A stretch of DNA of 20,000 nt from Perkinsus olseni (taxonomy: Eukaryota): the NCBI GenBank assembly GCA_013115125.1, contig JABANN010000082.1, positions 57,742 through 77,741 on the forward strand. Reading direction: 5' to 3'. Shown here piece by piece: positions 1-10,756 of this stretch. The first letter of the stretch is position 1. Every line of letters begins with the position of its first letter. The notes under the pieces were generated by a model. It had not been told where the DNA came from. It ran no database searches and was given only the letters and a program-made list of their open reading frames with translations. A program made the translations under genes and the position numbers.

Positions 1-510
1 TTCGGGTAGTATGCTGTAACATATCTATCCTGTTTCCCAGCTAGGCGATCCGCTAGGTCGACCAGCAGCGCAATGTCACAAGCGGTTCTGAGAGATATTT
101 AGAGATACGGGCATTTTTACACTCGCTGAGGGACGCCGCTGCCGGAGGATGGTGTCACCATCGGGGACAATGCACCCGGATATCATCAAAGGGTAGTTCT
201 GGCTGATGCCACCATTCATGCTGGACACTTATGTTCGGGGAGCCCGCCGCCACCTCGCGGAAGCTGCTATCCGCTACGATAGCGGCCGCCTCAAAGGGCT
301 CATTACCCCGCACGCGTGAGCATGTCGAGATAAGCTGAGGACGTGCGTTCTTAGCGGAGCTACTCACAAGTTGTTTGTTCATTGTAGGATTCTGGCTGAA
401 TTGTTCCTGCGAGGGTCTCCTGGCATCCTATCTTTTCCTGTTATGAAATGTATTTCGTGTATATGATGGTGTCTTGCAGTTCTATCCTATCAAATCCTCT
501 TCATCCCCGC

Positions 511-1308
511 ATGCCTCGCCGCCGCTGTACCAACAGGATCTATCTTACAATCTTCGTGTCGTTCGCCTACATATTGATGTCGACTCTATCGACCGATGAT
601 CGGCCCATCCTTGCTGATCATTCGGCGGGTTGCAATGGTGGTCTCGGCCCATTGGTAGGCAGCACGATCAGAGTGCAAGACTCTACGTGCGTCTATGGCA
701 TACAAGGCCGTACCGTCGATGGGCTCAATCACCGTAAGGCCGGGGTTATTCTTAAGAGTAATGACCCGGCATATGAAGGTAACTTGAAGATAGAGGTGAA
801 TATAGTAGAAGGTGCTGCCGACTCGGCCGATTCACCTAATGTTACTGTGGAGACCACAGGCTTGGCTCGTATGCTCTTTCATCATCACAACGGGATGAAC
901 TTCACCTGGCATGATAACCCTGATGATATCCTCTTCAATGGCACTGACTATGGCTCTGCATATCCTGTAATGGCATCTAGGGTCAAGGGCTATCTGCCGG
1001 ATTATTTTATATCATAAACACCCTGGCTCGGTATCCAAGGCGTTGCTACTGCCAATGGTATGAACATCTATTATACTGTTGACACCGTGAGCCGGTCAAA
1101 GGGTCTGGTCTTGTCGGCGGAGAATAAAATCTCAAGAGTCGAGGGAGGTTGGGACTTCGACGTTGCATTCAAGGTTGTTAGAGAAGGCCGCGAAGCACCC
1201 TTCTCCTACGTGGGGGCAATTCGCCAACGGTACCCTACTTCTCTGACCTTACCAAAGCGGTGCGCTCCAATTCTGATCTCAGGAGCTTCATTTCTCCTGC
1301 TCCCATAG
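511..1308 (+). pseudogene. Unknown secreted/signal-anchored beta-rich protein, copy 1 of a tandem pair; single in-frame TAA at 1015-1017
   Basis: ATG 511 is followed by hydrophobic IYLTIFVSFAYILMSTLS. ORFs 448-1017 and 1060-1308 are in the same frame and the gap reads TPWLGIQGVATANG. Colinear similarity to copy 2 on both sides of the stop: GVILKSNDPAYEGNLKIEVNIVE vs GIIFKTNDPDHYGDMKVQLNVVE, NGMNIYY vs NGMNLYY, ISRVEGGWDFDVAF vs INRVREGWELDVVF. No introns are needed. Confidence 0.7.
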
Positions 1309-1532
1309 TAAACCCGTGGTAGCCGTATGGTAGTGCACCATCCGAGTTTCAGCAAAGTCTGGAACGTCCCTTGTTCTTGGCCTCGACAGTGTGCTGTCGA
1401 GGCGCTAGCTACGTAGGGCTGTAGGTTGCACGATAGGCTTCTCACTGAAAGAAATCAGCATTCAGTGTCTCTCGGCTATCATCGTCTAATACGACCGTCC
1501 CATGTGTTGTTCAGCCCATACGCTGCTTTTGC

Positions 1533-2248
1533 ATACTCCCTTGCCGACGCAGCCAGGTCTATCAGATCCTCCTTCTATTCGCCTACTCACTCTTCTTCGC
1601 TCTCTCTACCGACGAGCTGTCTGTTACTGCAGATTTTCCTGCCAATTGCGAGGGTGGGCCGGGACTAGTAAAGGGCGGCAATATTGGTGCGTCTTCTTAT
1701 TGTCTCTACCATATGTATGGACGTAACTCGGATGGGTTCTACCAAAATAGCACTGGTATCATATTCAAGACTAATGACCCCGACCACTATGGTGACATGA
1801 AAGTTCAACTAAACGTAGTTGAAGCAGATCCTATGGAGCCGGCCAAGGTCACTGTGGAGACTAGTGGTTGGGTTCATATGTTGAAGGAATACCCGGGCTT
1901 CAAGGGCCTGCAACAGGCGATGATCTATTCGATATCAACTCCTTTGGATATGTCCATACTAGTATACCAGCTATAACTAGCGCTCACCATCCCGATGGTA
2001 CGAAAAGTAACACCGGATGGCAGTATATCGAGGGTACAGCTGATAGGAATGGAATGAATTTATATTACTCCGGGCCAAGTGTGAGCCTTGATGGAGAAGA
2101 TACAGGTTTGACATTCAAGCTCAAACTATCAATTAATAGGGTGAGGGAAGGTTGGGAACTTGATGTCGTCTTCGAGGCGCATCGTCGTTCTCTTAAGGGT
2201 CATGTAGCCGGTGTCTATCATATCGCGGAAGGTATTCTGTATGGCTGA
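1533..2248 (+). pseudogene. Unknown secreted protein, copy 2 of the tandem pair; start codon apparently ATA and one frameshift near 1895-1910
   Basis: The frame of ORF 1713 is open upstream: (ATA)LPCRRSQVYQILLLFAYSLFFALSTDELSVTADFPANCEGGPG..SYCLYHMYGR aligns with copy 1 MPRRRCTNRIYLTIFVSFAYILMSTLSTDD..GCNGGLG..STCVYGIQGR. Homology then switches to the frame of ORF 1868-2248 after VTVETSGWVHML. Confidence 0.7.
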
Positions 2249-2931
2249 CCACCCCAAAGCGACTCGTCGCATTTCTGATCATAGGTTGAAGCTTATTTTT
2301 TTATTCTAATAACACTATCATGCTTGTGGCATGGTTTTACCTCGTCCGGATTTTAGAAAAACCTGGACCAAGCATCTTTTGTTCTCGACCCCAGTGTATT
2401 TTATCGACCTTCGGCTGATGATGCTCCGAGGTTGATCTGTACCACCCTCTCGAGGATGGTCTCTTCTAATCCGCAGCCTCCAAGCTTCAAATATCCACAA
2501 AAGCGTTGCGTACCAGTAGGCAACTAGAGCATGCCCCATTCAGGAAGATCGAACTGGCATATGTTATGAGTTAAGATGGTATGTTGGAGACCCTGACGTG
2601 GAAGACTCATACCAGTCCCACCTCTTGGCCGGAGCCGAGTCTATCGGGGTTACTCGTTGTTGGCAGTCGGCAGTTAACGACGCAAGTGACGCATCAGCAT
2701 GTCTACGCTGCGGTTCCTACATGTTCAGATCGCTAAGTTGGTGAGGCTTCACCTTGATTGGGTAGCTTGAACACAAATATAATCATAGAAATACCGGCCG
2801 AACAGGTGATAATGCCACTTCTCCTCCTCCTCATGCAGCAGCAGCAGCAGTATCCGCGGTGTGATGAATATTGAGTTGGGATAACGACAGGGTAGTAGTG
2901 ATGGTGTGGTATTCGAGAGTTTATTGCCCTC

Positions 2932-5900
2932 ATGTCCTCGTCATCCTCTTCATCTAGTAGTACCGCACATCCATTAGTGAGAGGTGATGCTACTGGAGCA
3001 CAAGGAGGCTCTATGCCTGTAGCAGCACTAGCTGCAGCACAGGCCATGACACCCCCTGAGGGCATGGATTTGGACACTCTTTATCATGGGGATCCTGAGG
3101 TTAACCTACAAGATTTCATACCATTGGCAGAGCGAGCAGAGGAGGCCGAGGAGAGGATAATGAGTGGCATGAGAAAGCAGAAGAGATCTCGTAAAGTAAT
3201 AACGTGGTCCCGGGGCAATAACGCCCTATTACAGCCGTATTAATGAGTTGGCCTCATACTGAACTGTCCGAGATTTCCTGCGGCTTCCTCGCAGCCCGCG
3301 TGTCGTTATTGATATTATTATGATCAGAGTACTGCCGCGGCGGCGGGCGGGTCAGATGTGGAGATGGGAGGTAGCTGGGGGTTATGCTTAGGTCGAGTAT
3401 CCGCCCACGCTCTGCTATGTATTGTGGTATGCGCACTGGTTATGCTTCAATGGCAGGTGAAGGTATACCAGGGATTGGAAGCGAAGGGGAGATGTCTTCC
3501 TGGCTAACTGATGGTGATGATGATGAAGATTATGAAGATGAAGGCGACGTTGATGCTGACTCAAGTGGTCTATCGTCCTATGACTCCTCCGATCTTGATG
3601 ATCTGCTAATGAGCAATAATGCAAGCCAATTCCTGAAGAGCAAAGCACGTCATAGAAGGAGGCGTCGTAAGAAGCTGCGCGAAAGAAAGGCTAAAGGGTA
3701 GTGCAGTGGCACCGGCAGTGGAAGTCCTGGAAGATGGTACGGGTGTACTCAGTCTCAAACCGAAGAAACATAAACGCCCAACAGTCGCCTCTGGACCATC
3801 CAAGAAAGTTAGTCCAGAGGTCAGAGAGATGCTCGGACAGGCCAATAACGCCTTCCTTAAGCGGGATTACGAGACTGCTATTGATGATCTGAAAGTAACA
3901 GCGGCGGCGGTAGCAGTAGCAGGCACGACTCTCTGTGATTGTCAGGAAGCTATCCGCCTAGGGCCAGGCGTACCTGATCCATTCCTGACGTTGGGTCTGA
4001 TCTACGAGGAAATGGGGGATGCTAAGAAAGCTCTGGAGGTCGTTAGGGTCAGCATGGAATGGACGATGAATGTCTACGATGGTAGGTACTGTTAGTGGCA
4101 GCACATCTGACTCCCGGGGATACTCAGCTGTGGAAGAGGTTAGCGGAGAGATCGAGAGATGGGCTAGGAAACTACACTCAGGCAGCGTAATAATCATGAG
4201 AGTGTTACTACCCTCATCTGGAGGCAAACGAACGCGACCTTGTATCACGTGTTGTCCGTGCTAGATACTGCTTCCATAGATGTTGGAGGTCTATGCAGGA
4301 AGAAGGCACTGATGAAGCTAAGTCAGTATTATGGGATATGGCTGATTGCTTTATGAAGGTCGGATAACAGCTCGGAGGTGATACGTGACTGAGATAGGGA
4401 TATCGTTGATCAGATAAAGCGCTATGGGAGGGCAGCACGTTACTTGCAAATGCTCTTTGAGATGCATCCTGGAGACCTAGGTACAGTAACACGTAGCGTA
4501 GTACTCGAAAGTAGCATCAGCGACATCTATCTCAGTTATTGGGCGTATGTTATCGAAGGCCCTCTACCTGCAAGCAGACAAGCCAGCTACAGCCCGTGTA
4601 TTGGAGGTATGCCTAGGGGTAGATGCTGATGGTGGTGTGAGCCATCCTGAAATCGGAAGCGGAACTGCTGAACAGCAGCCAACACCTCCACGGGACGCTG
4701 ATCTGATGAACATGCTCTGTGAAGTGTAGGACGAGGGACACAATGATTCCGTGCTGCCTCTAGCATCATCGGCGATCATATCAGATACATAGACCTGAGA
4801 GAGTATGGCAAGTGCCGCAGCATACTTGGTAAATTCCTACTACCATCTACCGTATCACCAAATGACCAGCAAGCTCTGGTCACAGCCCTCAGTGTTCAAC
4901 CGATAGATCTAGTCGTTAAACTCGGTGTTGCAGAGGCCTATCATCATGCCCAGATAGGTAGTGATGAATATCAGTATATATCACATCAACAGCATCCTCC
5001 TTTGACCCAGGTGCAGCAGGTCGACGATCCTCTGGTACTGCCAGAACAACAGAAGAGGCATTAGCACTGAGTAAACAAGAACCAACTGTAGCCGCTAGTG
5101 TACTGGCTAAGGCATGCTGTGGAGTACTGCTGATGGCAGCAGCACAAGAGATGGAGGACAGTGGTGGTAATGAGAGGGGCATGATATCTGGTTGTAGTAG
5201 TGCTGATAGCATTGTGGTATGGTGGTCGTGGTGTAGGCCGTAGCCCTACTGGTTTGGAGGATCTTCATCTACAATTGGCTGATGCTATGCACGATAATGG
5301 TCATACTGAAGAGGCATTAGAGTTGTTAGTAGCTTTAGCACAGCCTGGAAAGGTTATAGACCCAGTACACGCTAAAACGTTGTGTGGGAGGATAGGAAAG
5401 TAATACCAAAAGGAGCGCACGGGCATCATAAGCTGGGTCTGACTCCTCCTTTAGTTATTATTACGCCCTTGGTGATATTGAGAATGCTGGTAAATATCTG
5501 GAGAGGGCAGTGGAGACCAAAGCTATCAATGCGGCGAAGCTGTCACAGGATGACGGAGGAGATGCTACTTCGACTACTGTATCTCAGCAACAGAACGATC
5601 CTACTGTACTACCGATACCACTCTTCCCGCAGCTCAATCACCAGTTTTCGCATCAGGTACTGGTACAGCTATCCGACATATGGCGTAGACTTGGCAGGAG
5701 TGCTGATGCTGATAGACTCTTGTTGGAGAGTTTGAGCTATGAAGATTTATTAATGTGTAGAAGCCTACCCAGGGCTCATAGTACAAAGGAGAGGAAGACA
5801 GCGTAATGATACTCCCTCCCTGATTGTTAGTGCTGATTGGTGTATCTATCAGATACAACGCTTTGATGGCAATATTGGATAGTGATGAATTAGATGTGAG

Positions 5901-7810
5901 CAGAGATGCCTCCCTGGAGGTACCACCGGAAGTGCAGGATAAGAGGTTGAAGTGGGGACCTTACTGACAGTACGATCATACTCTTATCTCCGTTGTGCCG
6001 CTGTTAGATTCGCTTCGGCATGGATAAGTCTGATGAGGGATTGTGAGTTGGATAACCAGCGTGCTGTGAGGGTGATGAAGGGTCCATGTACTGTTTACCT
6101 CAGTCATGATGATTGTCGTCCCTCAGTATCGCAGAAGCCAATATCCGCAGTATTTCACGACTGGAGGTGCTGGTGGTAGCCATCCTATGAGCCCTACTAA
6201 GAAGGGGAGCCGCAAGGGAGGAGGCTCTACACCCAAACAGCAACACAGTGAAACAACACCGCTTATCAACTTTGGAAGGGACGACCCTAGAGTGGTGACT
6301 GAGGCCAAGGCTAAGGACGGAATGGTAGTCGCCACGGCTGCTGTAACGACCTTCTATTGTTACTAAGCTACTACCATTCAGCCCGCCCTGCCTCGTATCA
6401 AGAAGGAGATGCAGCTACTAGGCATAGATGATCTGTTCGGAGACAAGGCATTAATCGACTTCATCGTTAGGGGTTCCTATGTATGCCATCTAGTCGGTAG
6501 AGAGCAGGAAGCCGTAGAGATAATAGAGACGGTGAGGGAGAATAAGTCTGGTGGTGGGATTGTCAGGAGTAACCCTGCTCCAACAGGTCCTCCATGCCCG
6601 TCGTAAAAGGTGGTCCAGCAGTAGTGGAGGAGAGACAGGCACCTCCTCGACCGCAGCAGAAGGAGCAACACAGTCGGCTGATCATGCTGGTGGTGGGGGA
6701 GGAGGGTCGGACCATATATCACGGCTAGAGAAGACCAGCTTCAACCTAGCCATCAAGGCTCGTATGAGGAAGGTTGTATTCAAATACCTCCGACAAAAGG
6801 TGAGAGAATGACACGACTGCTGAGGGCTGATCTGATCTGAGATGTCGACGCTACTGCTACTGTTGTTAGGCTGTGAATAATGCTCATGATAAGGACTACT
6901 CTACTCTATCGCGTACATTAAGTTACCTCTCCAAACTGATGTTCTACGATATTGCCGCGGGAGATGAGGAATCAGTAGGTTGGACGCCGGCTCTGCTGTT
7001 CATCGGAGTAGCAGCAGCTGCTTGTGATGCTGTTTATTAGCTTCTCAAATCGTCTTGCTCAGGGATTTTCCATGCATTCTGACGAGGTTAAGGGCAAAAC
7101 CACGATGCGGAGAGGAACCAAGCCAGATCAGCTTGAATTTATAGACCAACGAGCATGGCTCATCAGACAGGCCATCAAGTACCCTCAAGTGTATGAGTAC
7201 ACTCTTATACTTGGACATCTCAGTACCCTAGCTCAGACGTAATACTCGCCCTTTATTGATGAGCCCGCTTACACTTCGTTATCCTTCGCTAGGCATCGTT
7301 ATAGCGTCAGAGAGTATTACCGTGCCATGAGGCTACGTCCCAATGACCCGTACCCAGCCCTATTGCTTACAGCATCCCTCATCACAATGTCCATATCCCG
7401 TGTAACCTATGACAGGCAGCTTACTATTACTAAAGGTAATAGTGCCTTTAAAATACCCTACACTACCAGCGTCATTCCTGTCTGTATCAGGTCTGGCGGT
7501 GTTCCAGTTGTATGAGAAGCTTCGACTTGAACAGCAGGGTGTATCGGAAGTGTTGGCTAAGGCTGAGATAGCTTATAACCAAGGCAGACTCTGGCATCAA
7601 TTATCAGTCTTCCATTTAGCTGATAGGCTATATAGACAAGCATTGACCATCATTCAGAAGGCGACTCGGCGTGATGAGGTAGAGGATGAGGTGGAGTATG
7701 TACGCCTAGCAGCAGCATACAATCTAGCCACGCTGCATGTACAGACCGGTAATCGTACAATGGCAGCTAGAGTGTTGGTACATAATATTGTACCCGCATT
7801 GCAAGGATGA
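2932..7810 (+). CDS. GTF3C3: RNA polymerase III transcription factor TFIIIC TPR subunit (GTF3C3/Tfc4/tau131), multi-exon with roughly 20 short introns
   Basis: The spliced translation gives an acidic N-region, then SPEVREMLGQANNAFLKRDYETAIDDLK|EAIRLGPGVPDPFLTLGLIYEEMGDAKKALE|VLLVAAHLTPGDTQLWKRLAE, matching the first Tfc4 TPRs. The C-terminus reads ILGHLS..REYYRAMRLRPNDP..EIAYNQGRLWHQLSVFHLADRLYRQAL..AAAYNLATLHVQTGNRTMAARVL. Frame-preserving GT-AG introns include 3895-3945, 4039-4085, 4187-4264, 4359-4413, 4481-4535, 4726-4784, 5400-5454, 5803-5852 and 6072-6126. The 5' exons are less certain. Confidence 0.88.
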
Positions 7811-8094
7811 GGAGCTGGAGCAGCAGTGACGCCGCTGATGAGAGTATCATTATTTACCTTCATTATGATGCAATATGGACATCACCATTATCATCGACTT
7901 AGTTTTCCCTCCCCTTCTCGTCGCCACGATAATCATTATCTTGTTAACGATTGTTTCAACAATAACGTATTCACTTATAGCAGGTAAGGCCTCGGGTAAT
8001 GTTGTGTTGTACTACCTTAACGTAAAAACAGGGGCCTAGGGGGTGATCAAGATGACCATCATACCTAACCTTTCGATGAGGTGTTAGCCTGCTA

Positions 8095-8752
8095 ATGGCT
8101 GTCAATCTGCGACACAGGGAAATTCACGAGAAAACCCCACTGGAGCTGTTCCTGTCAGCAGCTCAAGCGTCGGGAGTGATAGCCATCACTGCAGCTGCAG
8201 CGCATGCAGTAATGGAACCAGTTCTGGCAGGGAGTGGTAGGGAGCATACCAAACTAGGATAAGCTAGTGCTGGATAGGGTTTCGTTCTCTCAGTGTCCCG
8301 TGCTATATCACGGACATTTCCTATTGTTTGGTTGGCGTCTATGCCGGTTTTCTATTTGAATCGTCGAAGTGCTTGTAGGAGAGAGGCCGCAATGGAGAGG
8401 CTCAAAGACTCGGCTGAATCCTTCAACCTCATGAATGTTGAGTCATTAGCACCGAAGCTTGATGGTAGTCCTGAATCCGCTGCGGCAGTGAAACGTCGCA
8501 CCATTCATGTCTTTAGCGTATAGCCTGGTTCTCTGCTGATACTCTCCATTATTCTGATTAGTTCAAGAGTTTGACGAGGCTACTGGGGTGGATGCGGAGA
8601 GGGAAGCAGAAAGACTGCTTCGACGAGGGATGAAAATGTTGGAGGCTGAGGACGTAAGGAGGCTGAGGTCATCATCAGTGCCATTCTCGCATACCCGCCC
8701 ATGCGTTACTTATCAGGCAGCCGAGCGGAAGCGCTTCAAGCTATGGTTTTGA
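8095..8752 (+). CDS. Small hypothetical protein (~140 aa), 5 exons, one hydrophobic segment and a charged C-terminal helix
   Basis: Exons 8095-8236, 8294-8330, 8379-8494, 8562-8653 and 8717-8752 have GT-AG introns and total 423 nt in frame: MAVNLRHREIHEKTPLELFLSAAQASGVIAITAAAAHAVMEPVLAGSVSRAISRTFPIVWREAAMERLKDSAESF...EREAERLLRRGMKMLEAEDAAERKRFKLWF*. Confidence 0.7.
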
Positions 8753-8919
8753 CTGTTGGCATGGAGTTTCAGAACGCTACTCGGGGAGCATTCCGTTTGG
8801 TTGCTTGATTGATGGGACTGGGCTCCTCCAGCGGTTGGATTATGGGCAGTCAGTCGGTTTCGCCATTGATGAGTACATCGAACAGTTTTTCTCGATGACG
8901 CTGCCACCGTCCCTATAGC

Positions 8920-10288
8920 ATGCTCACCCACACCATACCTAGACATATCGCTGCAAGTACTTCCACGTCTGGTGCCGACCTCGTCCACCAGCTAGTCACA
9001 AGGAGACGTTCCGTGAGTGCAACTTGTGTATCGGTCCATGTGTCGGATGCCTGACTGAGTCGTCTCTGCCGCCCGAGCTGAGGTCCATGTGTCGGATGCC
9101 TGACTGAGCCGCCCCCGCCCGAGCTGAATAACCCATGGTTGATGGGCATCTCCGGTATTCACCAGGCACCGCGTAAGGAGTTGCTCCGGAGTATTGAACG
9201 ACTAGCTCATCTCCCTAGTGCGACGAAGCACTTCCATTCTGTTGAGATGGAAGCGTTACATTCCATGGCAGCGCGGGACGTCCGCTGTGATAGGGTGGAT
9301 TTCGAAGTATATACCATCATGCCAGACTGCTGCTTACTACACTCTCCTCGTCTCAGTTTATTACTCGATACTCGAGTGCATGCAGCACTGCTGGCTACAT
9401 CAATGCAGCACTTTACGCAGCCATAGTTGATAGGCTTTCTCAACGAGCTAAAGTAGAAGAGCAGGGGGGCAGTAGCCGCCAGCCTATCAGTCACCGTAAT
9501 ATTATAACGCTACTAGCCATCATTACCACCAAGCAACGATTTACGGTATCATCGTCATCATCACCGCGCCGGGAAGAGACCCGACTCTTCGCGGCATTGA
9601 TCGGCTATCTGGTAAGTTTTAGGCGAACCGATATGTTCGTTCTCCGACTTCCGTTATCCAGTATCGGAGCCCAGTTCGCCGGCTTGCTGCTGCGGATGCA
9701 GCTGTCATATGCCAAGCTGTGGGGGAAGCCCATGATAGAAGGCTAATCGACATCCGGGAGTGGATGAAATCCGATAGTTATTCTCTGGTCACCGAAGCTA
9801 TCTTGCCCAGAATGGTAAGACAGTCTCAAACCGGTGAGTCTTACTAAGACTCACAGCACCTCCTCTCGCCACCCAACATGGATAGCCTTCGAGACTTACG
9901 AGATTTGTTTCAGATGTCTTCTCCACTGCCGTGCTTCACAGTTGCTGATATCGTTTCGATACTGAGTGGCTGTGCATTGCTGCCTAGAGTATCCCGATTA
10001 TCCATCAAGTTCCTGGACCGCTGTTTGCCGCGTTTGCTCGCTGAGAGCAGTACACTAGAGGCCGCACAAATAAGCATCTTGCTGAGTTCCATAATGCATA
10101 TCTATCGTGAACAATGGGCTGATGTTGCCAGAGGCGTTGCCCGGTTGGATGATGCTGATGATTTCCGGCAGTATCTTCACATGCCTCACAACTTAGCTGC
10201 GAAGTTGGTGCAAAGCTTGAAGGCTAGGAAACATGAGCCATCTGAACTGGCAAGAATAGCTCTGGGTGTTGCTCGATTGTGTACTTGA
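8920..10288 (+). CDS. Hypothetical alpha-helical repeat protein (OPR/HPR/FAST-like, possible organellar RNA-binding); multi-exon, 3' end uncertain (may extend to ~10473)
   Basis: ATG 8920 (MLTHTIPRHIAAS..TRRRS), with introns including 9013-9165 and 9612-9661. Recurring motifs ISHRNIITLLAII, LAAADAAVICQAVGEA, FTVADIVSILSGCALL, LEAAQISILLSSIMHI and HEPSELARIALGVARL resemble the F/LxPQxLSxILxxxAxL repeat consensus. Confidence 0.55.
9033..9127 (+). repeat. Tandem duplication (49 + 46 nt) inside intron 9013-9165
   Basis: ggtccatgtgtcggatgcctgactgag-tcgtctctgccgcccgagctga (9033-9081) followed by ggtccatgtgtcggatgcctgactgag-ccgcccccgcccgagctga (9082-9127). Confidence 0.95.
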
Positions 10289-10756
10289 GTTTCCACGTGT
10301 ATCGAAGAGGTGATTCGTCGTGTTTGCGTGAATCTTGCGAGTTAACACCGCGGACAGGAGGCTTGGGGGACCATGCCAGTTTGCTTGACTTCGATCTGGG
10401 GTATCATGAGCATTGAATCGTTCAACTCGAGATGTATTCGATATTGCCGTCGCCTTGAAGTTTCCATCCTATTGGTAACGTACGATTTTGTCGTCTACGT
10501 ACGATGAAGCAGTCTATCCGAGTAGCTGGTTGCCCCAGTCTTGCCCTGATTGGCATAATCAGTGGTTCCAGACCCGCAGTTCTCTCGGTTGGAATCCACG
10601 TTGGACGTATCAGCAGAACCAGTCTCGACGCAATTCATACATCCAGCGTGCAAGGCTCCTAGTCGTCACGGCCATACCGTATCGGCCCTGCTCACCAACG
10701 TTTGTTCTCGCTGTGGATCCCGCGCTACAAGCTCCCACAGAACTTCTACGCCGATA

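Noticed and set aside
155-382. 75-aa minus-strand ORF
   Set aside because: No recognisable motif, and no consistent spliced model could be built.
2835-2850. Short (GCA)5 microsatellite and the poly-Cys/Arg ORF 2733-3077 (-)
   Set aside because: Trivial low-complexity sequence upstream of, and antisense to, GTF3C3.
3895-3945. Stop-free 3n introns (also 8331-8378) read through by the ORF track
   Set aside because: Retention of 3895-3945 would split a TPR helix. Such introns are expected by chance at ~50 nt and ~50% GC.
6743-6761. cctagccatcaaggctc resembles the spliced leader
   Set aside because: Lies within GTF3C3 coding sequence (NLAIKAR) with several mismatches; likely coincidence.
9033-9127. 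Direct repeats as a possible CRISPR array
   Set aside because: Only two units, the would-be spacers are themselves homologous, and the context is a eukaryotic intron.
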